Below, in pieces: positions 36,480-44,867 of a stretch of DNA of 48,941 nucleotides. Source of the stretch: Bacteroidales bacterium (lineage in GTDB: Bacteria; Bacteroidota; Bacteroidia; Bacteroidales; WCHB1-69); NCBI GenBank assembly GCA_024400785.1, contig JAKSME010000003.1:1-48941 (forward strand), in the 5' to 3' direction. A program made the translations under genes and the position numbers. The notes below the pieces were generated by a model. That model was not told where the DNA came from. It saw only the letters and a program-made list of their open reading frames with translations, and did not search any database. How positions within the stretch are numbered: position 1 is the first letter of the stretch; the number at the start of each line of letters is the position of its first letter.

Positions 36480-37619
36480 ATGGATTTCAGTTTATCAAAA
36501 AAAGAAGAACTGTTCTTGCAGATGATCAGAGAATTTGCACAGAACGAAGTCAAACCGCTTGCTGCGGAAGTTGACGAGGAAGAGAAATTTCCTATTGAAA
36601 ACGTGAAGAAGTTGGGTAAATTAGGTGTCATGGGCATCCCGGTTCCCGTAGAATACGGCGGCCAGGGTGGTACGAACCAGATGTACTCGATGGCAGTGGA
36701 AGAGCTTTCACGCGTTTGCGCCACCACCGGCGTCATCGTTTCCGCTCACACTTCACTCTGTATCGCCCCCATCATGGAACACGGTACGGAAGAACAAAAG
36801 AAAAAATATGTGCCGAAACTCGCTTCCGGCGAATGGATTGGCGCTTTCGGCCTCACCGAACCCAACGCCGGTACCGACGCCGCCATGCAGCAGACCACCG
36901 CTGTTGACGCCGGCGACAAATGGATCCTCAACGGCTCCAAGATTTTCATCACCAACGCCAGCGAAGCCAATGTTTTCGTGGTAATGGCCATGACCGACAA
37001 GTCAAAAGGCACGAAGGGCATTTCCGCTTTCATCGTTGAAAAGGGTTTCAAAGGTTTCAGCATCGGTAAGAAAGAAATGAAAATGGGTATCCGCGGCAGC
37101 GCTACCTGCGAATTGATTTTCGAAAACTGCGAAGTTCCGAAGGAAAACCTCCTCGGCGAACTCGGCAAGGGTTTCAAAATCGCTATGATGACGTTGGACG
37201 GCGGCCGTATCGGTATCGCTTCACAGGCTCTCGGTATTGCACAAGGTGCTATGGATGAGACTGTTAAATACACCAAAGAACGTAAACAGTTCGGCAAGGC
37301 CATCGCTAAATTCCAGAACACCCAGTTCCAAATGGCCGACCTCGAAACCAAAGTCCAGGCCGCTCGCCTGCTGGTTCGTTCCGCCTCTTACAAGAAAGAT
37401 ATGCACCTTCCCTATTCAGCAGATGCCGCCATGGCAAAATTGTTCGCTGCTGAAACCGCAATGGAAGTAACCACCAAGGCCGTCCAATTCCACGGCGGTT
37501 ACGGTTACACCCGCGAATATCCGGTGGAAAGAATGATGCGCGACGCCAAGATTACCGAAATCTACGAAGGCACCAGCGAAGTCCAGAGAATGGTTATCGC
37601 AGGCAAATTGTTCGCTTAA
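36480..37619 (+). CDS. bcd: short-chain (butyryl-CoA type) acyl-CoA dehydrogenase
   Basis: Motifs GLTEPNAGTDA and YEGTSEVQRMVI. etfBA follows directly. Confidence 0.85.
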   Translation: MDFSLSKKEELFLQMIREFAQNEVKPLAAEVDEEEKFPIENVKKLGKLGVMGIPVPVEYGGQGGTNQMYSMAVEELSRVCATTGVIVSAHTSLCIAPIMEHGTEEQKKKYVPKLASGEWIGAFGLTEPNAGTDAAMQQTTAVDAGDKWILNGSKIFITNASEANVFVVMAMTDKSKGTKGISAFIVEKGFKGFSIGKKEMKMGIRGSATCELIFENCEVPKENLLGELGKGFKIAMMTLDGGRIGIASQALGIAQGAMDETVKYTKERKQFGKAIAKFQNTQFQMADLETKVQAARLLVRSASYKKDMHLPYSADAAMAKLFAAETAMEVTTKAVQFHGGYGYTREYPVERMMRDAKITEIYEGTSEVQRMVIAGKLFA

Positions 37620-37655
37620 TTAATGATATTGATAATTGAAAATTAAAAAACAGAT

Positions 37656-38441
37656 ATGAAAATTGTAGTTTGTATCAAACAGGTTCCGGATACGACCGAA
37701 ATCAAAATCAACCCCGCAACCGGTACGTTGATTCGCGACGGTGTTCCGAGCATTATGAACCCCGACGATAAGGGCGGCCTCGAAGTAGCCCTCCAACTGA
37801 AAGACAAATTTGGCGCACACGTCACCGTTATCACCATGGGACCTCCGCAGGCGGAAGCCATTTTGCGCGAAGCCATGGCTATGGGCGCTGACCGTGCCAT
37901 CCTCCTCACCGACCGCAAGTTCGCAGGTGCCGACACTTTGGCCACCTCCAACGCTTTGGCCGGCGCGCTCCGCAACATCGAGCACGACCTCATCATCACC
38001 GGCCGTCAGGCCATCGACGGCGATACCGCCCAGGTGGGCCCGCAAATCGCTGAGCACCTCCACACTCCGATGATTTCCTACGTTGCCGGAGTTGACTTCG
38101 ACGGTAAGAACCTGCTCACTGTCAAGAAGGAAGACGAAGACGGCTACCAGATGCTGGAAGTTCACACGCCCGCCGTCCTCACCGTGTTGGCATCCGCTTT
38201 CACTCCGCGTTACATGACCGTCAAAGGTATCATTGAAGCTTACGACCAGAGAGAAATCGAAATCTGGACCGCTGAAAAGATTGATGTTGACGAAGCAAAA
38301 CTCGGTCTCAACGGCTCGCCCACCCGCGTGAAGAGATCCTTCACCAAACCGCAAAAGGTTGCCGGCGAAGTATTCGACGTCACTCCGGAAGAAGCCGTCG
38401 ATCTCATCGTTTCCAAATTGAAAGAAAAATTCATCATCTAA
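37656..38441 (+). CDS. etfB: electron transfer flavoprotein beta subunit
   Basis: MKIVVCIKQVPDT and the overall EtfB pattern. Confidence 0.9.
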   Translation: MKIVVCIKQVPDTTEIKINPATGTLIRDGVPSIMNPDDKGGLEVALQLKDKFGAHVTVITMGPPQAEAILREAMAMGADRAILLTDRKFAGADTLATSNALAGALRNIEHDLIITGRQAIDGDTAQVGPQIAEHLHTPMISYVAGVDFDGKNLLTVKKEDEDGYQMLEVHTPAVLTVLASAFTPRYMTVKGIIEAYDQREIEIWTAEKIDVDEAKLGLNGSPTRVKRSFTKPQKVAGEVFDVTPEEAVDLIVSKLKEKFII

Positions 38442-38453
38442 GGAGGTTCAACT

Positions 38454-39461
38454 ATGGATAAATCAAGTTACAAAAATATATTCGTATTCGTTGAGCAGCG
38501 CGACGGCGTCATCCAGCCCGTCGGCCTCGAACTGCTCGGCAAGGCCCACGAACTCGCACAGATCCTGGGCGAAAAGGTTGTCGCCATCTTCCTCGGCCAC
38601 AACATCAAGAACCAATGTCAAACCCTTATCGAGTACGGCGCTGACGAAGTAATCGTTTCCGACTGCCCCGAACTGAAGGACTATTTGACCGAACAATATT
38701 CACAGGCCATCTCACAGATTGTTGCCAAATATTTACCGAGCATCATTCTGTTTGGCGCTACCACCATCGGCCGCGACCTCGGTCCGACCCTTTCCGCACG
38801 TTTGGCCACCGGTTTGACCGCCGACTGCACCAAATTGGAAATTTCCGAAGAGAAGGAACTGATGATGACGCGTCCCGCTTTCGGTGGCAACCTGATGGCT
38901 ACCATTATGTGTACCGAACGCCGTCCGCAGATGTCAACCGTCCGTCCGGGCGTGATGCAGAAGATGACGCGCGACGCTTCCCGCAAGGGTGAAGTCGTTG
39001 AGTTCGCTCCCGTTTTCGATGCCAGCAAGTTCGCTGTCAAGCTCGTGAAGAAGGTGAAAGCCGACAAGGGCAAAATGGACATCACCGAGGCCAAGGTTTT
39101 GGTTTCCGGCGGTCGTGGCGTTGGCTGCAAAGAAGGTTTCGAAAAACTCGGCGCTCTCGCACAGACCTTGAACGGACAAGTTTCATCCTCCCGCGCCATG
39201 GTTGATGCCGGCGTGATGCCGCACGATGTGCAGGTTGGCCAGACCGGTAAGACCGTCCGCCCGAACCTTTACATGGCCATCGGTATTTCAGGTGCCATCC
39301 AGCACTTGGCCGGTATGGAAGAATCCGACCTCATCATCGCCATCAACCGCGACAAGGATGCTCCCATCTTTGGCGTTGCCGACCTCGGCGTTGTGGGCGA
39401 CTTCAACAAGATCGTTCCGCTGCTGAACGAACGCTTGCAGAAGGAAATCAGCGAGAAATAA
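38454..39461 (+). CDS. etfA: electron transfer flavoprotein alpha subunit
   Basis: Motifs VSGGRGVG, AIGISGAIQHLAGM and IIAINRDKDAPIF. Confidence 0.9.
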   Translation: MDKSSYKNIFVFVEQRDGVIQPVGLELLGKAHELAQILGEKVVAIFLGHNIKNQCQTLIEYGADEVIVSDCPELKDYLTEQYSQAISQIVAKYLPSIILFGATTIGRDLGPTLSARLATGLTADCTKLEISEEKELMMTRPAFGGNLMATIMCTERRPQMSTVRPGVMQKMTRDASRKGEVVEFAPVFDASKFAVKLVKKVKADKGKMDITEAKVLVSGGRGVGCKEGFEKLGALAQTLNGQVSSSRAMVDAGVMPHDVQVGQTGKTVRPNLYMAIGISGAIQHLAGMEESDLIIAINRDKDAPIFGVADLGVVGDFNKIVPLLNERLQKEISEK

Positions 39462-39486
39462 TCCGAAAGTTTCTGATAATAAAAAA

Positions 39487-39513
39487 AGCCGCAGTCTCCT
39501 GCGGCTTTTTTTG
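39487..39513. terminator. bidirectional intrinsic terminator
   Basis: aaaaaaa-agccgcag-tctc-ctgcggct-ttttttt. Confidence 0.85.
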
Positions 39514-39538
39514 TTGAATTATTACCGTACGCTTTCTT

Positions 39539-40450
39539 TTAGTCAAGTGAAATTTTTCTTGGTAATTTTTGCAAATCTGATAATGGAATTTCATAGAGTG
39601 TTTTTTTCTCGTTCGTTTCTTCCCAATCACTTCTCAAAATTTTAATCACCATTGCTGTAGATGCGGTTTTGGGATTTTTTAAATCGTTGGGATTGATGTC
39701 AACGACTGTATAATTTTCTCTTCCTTTGGATTGCTGATTGTCGAAATGTTCTTCTATGGCAAGAAGATCTGAATTTAATTCATACGAAGCGTGGAATGAT
39801 TTTGAAGATGTTTTAACTTCATTGCCAAAAATGGTAGTTGGGTGTATTGGAACTTTACTTTGAAGGACAATGCTATCAGAATTGTTTTTATTATAAGAGT
39901 AGGTTAGTACCATTGTTCCACCGTAATCTCCGAGGGCACCAAAAGGATAGCGTAGACCTAAAAACAGAGTGTCATTTCCGATGTGAATCTCATAGAAAAA
40001 TTCGCCTGTCCATTGGCAAATACATTGTCCGTCAATTGTTCTTACTAGAATTCCTTCGTTATCATCGCCGCAACATCCGTAATGCATTCCTATGAGTAAG
40101 TCGCCTAAATTTGCGACTTCATTTACACGATGGAGGCAAATTCTATTTCGGAGTTTGTAATAGTGATTTTCATCATCTCCAGCATAAACATAATATGAAT
40201 AGCAAGTAGAGTCGTTTTCAAAAATTCTCCCATCTCCAGCCCAAGGATGACAGAAACCATATATTTCTTTATAAATTAATGTCGGAAATATCGGTCTGTT
40301 GTCAATATCCATATTCGGTTCAACTTCCCAGATCCCGGTTTTGAATTTGTAATCTAAGGCGTTAAAGGCAGCGGGAATTTCGGCCTCTTTTTGTGAAAAG
40401 GCCGTTAAGACTGCGAAAAATGCAATTAAATTGATGAATATTTTTTTCAT
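39539..40450 (-). CDS. secreted hypothetical protein
   Basis: It has a signal peptide (MKKIFINLIAFFAVLTAFSQ). A minus-strand TATATTTG box lies at 40545..40552. No family was recognised. Confidence 0.6.
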   Translation of the reverse strand: MKKIFINLIAFFAVLTAFSQKEAEIPAAFNALDYKFKTGIWEVEPNMDIDNRPIFPTLIYKEIYGFCHPWAGDGRIFENDSTCYSYYVYAGDDENHYYKLRNRICLHRVNEVANLGDLLIGMHYGCCGDDNEGILVRTIDGQCICQWTGEFFYEIHIGNDTLFLGLRYPFGALGDYGGTMVLTYSYNKNNSDSIVLQSKVPIHPTTIFGNEVKTSSKSFHASYELNSDLLAIEEHFDNQQSKGRENYTVVDINPNDLKNPKTASTAMVIKILRSDWEETNEKKTLYEIPLSDLQKLPRKISLD

Positions 40451-40604
40451 AACTTAAAGGAGACTTCTATTTTTACTCATTTCGCGCCGTCCTTCTGAAT
40501 TTTGCGAAGTCTGTTAAACAAAAATTCTAAAGAAAACGACGCTGCAAATATACATATTATTTTCTCGTTTTCACTAGTTTGATGATGTTTTTATGGAAAT
40601 TTTA

Positions 40605-41613
40605 GGGGCAATTTGTTGATTTTCAGTGTGTTATATAAATCAGTTCATTCCCAATCTTTGAATTTGCTCATATCGCAACATATTGTAAACCCGACTCGTC
40701 AGGATGTTCCTGGCGGCGTTTCGCGCAAATCCTACCGAGTGGCTGAACATCCCGTGCAAACTTTGTTCGCAAAAGCCGAACACGTGTTCAACCCGAGCAC
40801 GCGGGGTGGCGTTTTTCCTGTTGAGCGTTTCCTGCCGTTTGCTTAGTTGCTTACCTCTGACTTTGCGCTTGAGCACGCGGTCTTTCATTTCGAAGCGGCG
40901 CATCAGGTTCTTGACACTCTTACCGATGTAGGCGCTGTCGGCATACAGCTCCTGACCGTAATCGTCGCTGTCAATCAGTAACTTAGTTGGAATTGAGTCG
41001 TGCTGTTCCGCACTCGTCGTCACCGATTTCTTTATCAGCTTGCTTTTCGCATCGATTTTCGTATGGGTCTTGTAGCCGTAGAATTTCTGTCCGCCCTTCT
41101 TCGTCAAGCGGGCGTCGGTGTCCTTGTGCCGCTTCTTGTTGGCCTTTTTCTACCTATCTTCTTCAGTATCATCTTCTTCCTCATTCCAAAGTTCATCACC
41201 GCGGCCTTCCTTGATGGCCTTGTTTTCTTCACGGGTGTTTCTCTAAACATCTCGAAGTCAACCACTTTCGCCAATTTTTCCAAGGGATTGCCGAGCTAGC
41301 ACAATTTTGCGGTGTTCTCTTCCAAATCAAATAATCCGCAGTTTCCGGTCCGTTTGTAGGTTTGCTTTTTCATTTTGATGCCGTTTAACTTCTGCAAATA
41401 TACAAATAATTATTTGATTATCAAAGATTTATATCAAAACATTTTCAATGAAAATGGTAGGAACGAAGATGCTCATTACTGCGAAAATGCCCTCAAAATT
41501 GTTGATTTCATCAAATTGATATTTTTTTACAAAACAGGAAGAATAATGACGAAAATCGCGCGATTTTATGCTATATAGTACTGAAAATCAATTACTTTTA
41601 ATTAGAATTCCCC
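40605..41613 (-). mobile_element. decayed IS5-family insertion sequence (about 1 kb, internally deleted)
   Basis: A transposase remnant lies inside. Candidate terminal inverted repeats are ttgattttcagtgtgttatata (40616..40637) and tatatagtactgaaaatcaa (41572..41591), with outer GGGG(C)AATT / GAATTCCCC. The exact ends are uncertain. Confidence 0.55.
40640..41373 (-). pseudogene. IS5-family DDE transposase pseudogene
   Basis: The C-terminal ORF carries KDTDARLTKKGGQKFYGYKTHTKID...LYADSAYIG...RARVEHVFG. The N-terminus MKKQTYKRTGNCGLFDLEENTAKLC*LGNPLEKLAKVVDFEMFR has an in-frame TAG. A second TAG precedes KKANKKRHKD. The DUF772-type region normally between FEMFR and RNTREENK is missing. A promoter box TATATTTG lies at 41395..41402 (minus). 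Confidence 0.7.
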
Positions 41614-41678
41614 AGTTTCAATAATTGATTATTCAATGATGTTTTTCAACTTTGCAAAGCAAGTTTTTATCCTTTCGG

Positions 41679-42053
41679 TTACTCGCCCTCTTTCTTTTTT
41701 CCAAACTTCTTTACAATAAAAAAGGCGACGGCTGTTGACACTGTTGTGTTCACTGCGTGGAACCAGAATTTTTCAAAATTCGAAGATGCCGTCGTCATGG
41801 TGCAGACAATAACCACAACAAGAATGAGAACCGGAATTGCCAGCCATTTTTTTGTCTGAAATGCTTCCTGATGCGCAAAAATGAGGTTGAATAGGGTGGC
41901 AATCAAGGCGGCGCCAATGTATTCGATGCAAACGATGGTCGGTGTTATTGAGTCGCACAACAACAAGAAAACCGTGCCTAAAACAGCGGTGATGCTAATC
42001 GTTAGCAAACACATCCTCGCAAATTTGTGGTTTTGAATCCAATGGCTTTTCAT
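41679..42053 (-). CDS. small membrane protein (about 4 TM), function unknown
   Basis: 124 aa with four hydrophobic segments. A minus-strand TATCTTTG box lies at 42080..42087. Confidence 0.55.
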   Translation of the reverse strand: MKSHWIQNHKFARMCLLTISITAVLGTVFLLLCDSITPTIVCIEYIGAALIATLFNLIFAHQEAFQTKKWLAIPVLILVVVIVCTMTTASSNFEKFWFHAVNTTVSTAVAFFIVKKFGKKKEGE

Positions 42054-42160
42054 AATGACGATGTTAGAAATTGGTGCGGCAAAGATAATAAAATTGGGGG
42101 GTGGAAGATTATTTTGAAAATATTTTTTTGTAACTATACATGTATCAATATTTTATAATA

Positions 42161-42313
42161 CGGAATCATTCCCTTTAATCTTGTAAACGGATGAAGGGTT
42201 GAATGGGTTAAGGAATTAATTATGTTCCTCACACTTCCGCCATTCCCCCATTCCCCGAAGGCCCAAAAGGTTGTCAAGCCATAAATCAGCAAGACGATAA
42301 GAGATAATTCTGA
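42161..42313 (-). repeat. about 153-nt conserved element, copy B (see 15443..15597)
   Basis: Its reverse complement aligns with copy A along the whole length. Confidence 0.7.
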
Positions 42314-42366
42314 AAAATTTTTGTTTGGGGGTACTTGTATGCGTTATTATCTGTTGAATTTAGAAT

Positions 42367-42879
42367 TTATTTTTGTTCGTTGTTCTGGTTTGCATTGTCA
42401 TTCTCTGTTGGTTCCGTTAATCTGTCTTTATATTTTTCTTTTAATACCTGAAATTCGGAAGATGATGACACGAATTTATAAAAATCCGCATAAAAGTTTG
42501 GAATTTCATATAATATCCGTTTATCAATATGCTGACAATATAACTCAAAAGCTTCTTTTAAACAAAGATTCTTTTGAGTTTCCATTATACTTTCAATATT
42601 CCAAATTACTGCTTCTAAGTCTATATTTTTTATTCGGATATCGATATTTATTAAATCATCTTTATCATTCCAATGTTTTGCTATATATCTTTCAGCCCAT
42701 TTTCTTTTATTAAATAGAATAGGATCCGGGTCAATAAGACAACCATCTTTCCTTGAACTATGATAATCATTAAAAAAAGCTTTTGCAGCGATGTCTTGAG
42801 CTATAATAGCTTCCTTATATAATCTTCTATATTTCTTTTTTTTAGCAATAAAATTTTTAATTTTTTGAATAATTTTCAT
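42367..42879 (-). CDS. hypothetical protein (170 aa) in AT-rich island, preceded by a canonical Shine-Dalgarno site
   Basis: The minus strand reads aaaaAGGAGGTGaattATG. No family was recognised. Confidence 0.6.
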   Translation of the reverse strand: MKIIQKIKNFIAKKKKYRRLYKEAIIAQDIAAKAFFNDYHSSRKDGCLIDPDPILFNKRKWAERYIAKHWNDKDDLINIDIRIKNIDLEAVIWNIESIMETQKNLCLKEAFELYCQHIDKRILYEIPNFYADFYKFVSSSSEFQVLKEKYKDRLTEPTENDNANQNNEQK

Positions 42880-42998
42880 AATTCACCTCCTTTTTGATAA
42901 ACTTTTCCAGAATGATATAATAATCTCGGAATACCATATATTGTTCTTAAGTCATTAATCGGATCTTGAATGTTACGATTATTATAAAAATATTTCAT
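42876..42998 (-). CDS. candidate 40-aa micro-ORF bridging the two island genes
   Basis: Hand translation gives MKYFYNNRNIQDPINDLRTIYGIPRLLYHSGKVYQKGGEL. Its ATG lies inside the last codons of the 422-aa ORF, and its TGA overlaps the next ATG (ATGA). It is below the ORF-track size cutoff. Confidence 0.3.
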   Translation of the reverse strand: MKYFYNNRNIQDPINDLRTIYGIPRLLYHSGKVYQKGGEL

Positions 42999-44250
42999 TC
43001 TTTCCCATAAAGAGTAACTCTTGTACTCCCCGCGTTGAGCCATTTACAGCATCATACGCAATTGAATTAGCAATTTCATATTCAGGAGTTGTCGCTACAT
43101 AGTTTGGATTTGTAATATGATAGTTCAATTCACTCGGCAAAGATACATTATCTTTCCCTATAACTGAAGGTAATTCTCTCTTTGTAATATTATTTTTTAT
43201 TCCTTGTAAATGATTTTCTAAACTCGGCAAAGCTGCCACACTCTTCCCTTGTCTCTGCACCTCTGGCACGATTTCAAACTTTCCCGTCACGGGGTTTATG
43301 CGTGAGGTATATTTGGTAAATAGGTTCTTCGCGCTGTTCACGCCGTTTGAAATGCCGTTCGTCAGCTGTTTTCCTAATGCGCCGGTGTATTCCAATCCCT
43401 TTGCGCCAAAACCGAGATAATATCCCGGATTGGTCAGGCTCGCCGCGAAATCCGCCATAGCAGGATATGCCTTCTGAATGTTTTTCAGGAATGTCGAATC
43501 TATTACGTTCTCATTCCAGGTTTTCCCGCTCCATAATCGCGGGGCCTGGTTGACGGTTTCTCCGGCGGCGGCACCTATGGCCATGCTTTTCCCAAAATTC
43601 GTCGCTTTGGAGGCAAAGGAAGTTGGGGAATTCAGCAATGTGTATTTCGGAGTTGTTGGCGAGGTCGGAACAGATGTTTTCAATGAAACTCTTGGAGCCA
43701 CCATATTTGCGCCACCGGCAAGCATGAGGGTCCCTAAGGCCGCCTGTCCCATTCCCAATGGAATATCATACCAATTTTGTCCGTTAATGAATCTGTTCAC
43801 ACCAGAACCCAACATCGAACCTTTAAGGGCATCATCTAAAAAGTTGCCGCCGTTCCTATATCTTGCTTCTCTTGCTTCGTCTTCTGCGACACGCAAGGCC
43901 GCATTATATTCTTGTACTGTCATTGGAGTAGTAGGAACAGGAGCTTTTTGCTGCGTTATTTTAGGAAGATTGGCATTTGATTCTGCAAGTTTTCTTTGAT
44001 ATTCAACTTCTGCAGGAGAATACATTGGTGCAGGAACATTATTTTGAGAACGTTTAAGAATTTCTAAATTTTCTTTATCAATTCTTTTTATTCTTTCTTC
44101 ATATGTTTCTTGATTTGATTGATTTTGAACTGGAATATAATTATTACTATATCCAAAAGGATTTGTTATTAATGGTGTACTTTGTGCTTTTACTATTCCG
44201 CCTTGCTGCCTTTTCCTTGCCTCGATGTACTTGTTGATTCTTCGTTTCAT
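42982..44250 (-). CDS. hypothetical protein (422 aa), no signal peptide, Gly/Ala/Ser/Asn-rich hydrophobic centre
   Basis: A long ORF in the AT-rich island, with a charged N-terminus and a central GMGQAALGTLMLAGGANMVAP and MAIGAAAGE. No family was recognised. Confidence 0.6.
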   Translation of the reverse strand: MKRRINKYIEARKRQQGGIVKAQSTPLITNPFGYSNNYIPVQNQSNQETYEERIKRIDKENLEILKRSQNNVPAPMYSPAEVEYQRKLAESNANLPKITQQKAPVPTTPMTVQEYNAALRVAEDEAREARYRNGGNFLDDALKGSMLGSGVNRFINGQNWYDIPLGMGQAALGTLMLAGGANMVAPRVSLKTSVPTSPTTPKYTLLNSPTSFASKATNFGKSMAIGAAAGETVNQAPRLWSGKTWNENVIDSTFLKNIQKAYPAMADFAASLTNPGYYLGFGAKGLEYTGALGKQLTNGISNGVNSAKNLFTKYTSRINPVTGKFEIVPEVQRQGKSVAALPSLENHLQGIKNNITKRELPSVIGKDNVSLPSELNYHITNPNYVATTPEYEIANSIAYDAVNGSTRGVQELLFMGKNEIFL

Positions 44251-44562
44251 AATTATAATATTTTACCAAGTTGACTTTGGCCTTAATTTCTGTCAGCTGA
44301 AATTCAACAAAAAAAACAACCAAATTCAACTTTTTGTATGCTGCGAAATTACTATTAATATTTTTAAATTGTCATTTTTTTTCTAAGAAATTTCAAGAGA
44401 AAAAAATGCGTTTAAGGCTATATTAAAAAACATATTATTATTGCAAACTAGTAATGTTGCGATAAAATTTTAAAAAATCATATAAGTTATTGATATAATA
44501 TAAGATACAAGCGTTCTTGGATTTTTTGATTTGAATATTGTTTCTATATTACCACCCCTTTA

Positions 44563-44585
44563 TCCCCTCCTTAAAAAGGAGGGGA
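44563..44585. other. perfect 9-bp hairpin tcccctcct-taaaa-aggagggga
   Basis: Read directly. No T-run follows on either strand. Confidence 0.5.
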
Positions 44586-44815
44586 ATTCATTGCTGACGC
44601 TTTTATTTCTTTATCTTCAAAATAAATATCGCAACAGTACTAATTGCAAACTTAAAAAAGGCGAATTGCGTAAGATTCTGAAAACCGTCATTTTTTTTCG
44701 GAGTTTTTTCCCGGTTTTGTCGCATTTTGTATCAGGAAATGCGTTGTGCGATATTTTCAGGGAACGGCTTCCATGAATTTTGAAAATTGTCACCCGAAAT
44801 TCCCATTTTAATTCG

Positions 44816-44823
44816 TATCTTTG
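44816..44823 (+). promoter_or_regulatory. -7 promoter box TATCTTTG
   Basis: TAnnTTTG match 45 nt upstream of ATG 44868. Confidence 0.5.
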
Positions 44824-44867
44824 CCGCTCATTTTATAAGAATCAAAACAATAATAAAATATAGCTTT

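Noticed and set aside
41150-41165. A programmed -1 frameshift site (AGAAAAAGG) joining the IS5 transposase frames.
   Set aside because: Slippage on AAA is conceivable, but both frames also contain premature TAG stops and a large internal deletion. The gene is non-functional regardless.
15443-42313. The two inverted ~155-nt copies as ends of a 27-kb mobile or invertible element.
   Set aside because: The intervening genes are core housekeeping genes (dnaX, pfkA, waaA, priA, etfBA). No recombinase or transposase is associated with the ends. Recombination-mediated inversion remains possible, but there is no evidence for it here.
44531-44776. 81-aa ORF in the AT-rich intergenic region. Other 60-110-aa ORFs lie nested in or antisense to annotated genes, for example 41375..41578 and 47729..47911.
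   Set aside because: They have non-ATG starts or lie within repeat, hairpin or IS-leader sequence. They have no promoter box or recognisable motifs, and 47729..47911 is simply a translation of the REP array.
44590-44867. A cobalamin riboswitch upstream of the B12-dependent mutase.
   Set aside because: No B12-box-like sequence or conserved GCCACTG element is visible. The region is AT-rich and contains a promoter box only 45 nt before the ATG.
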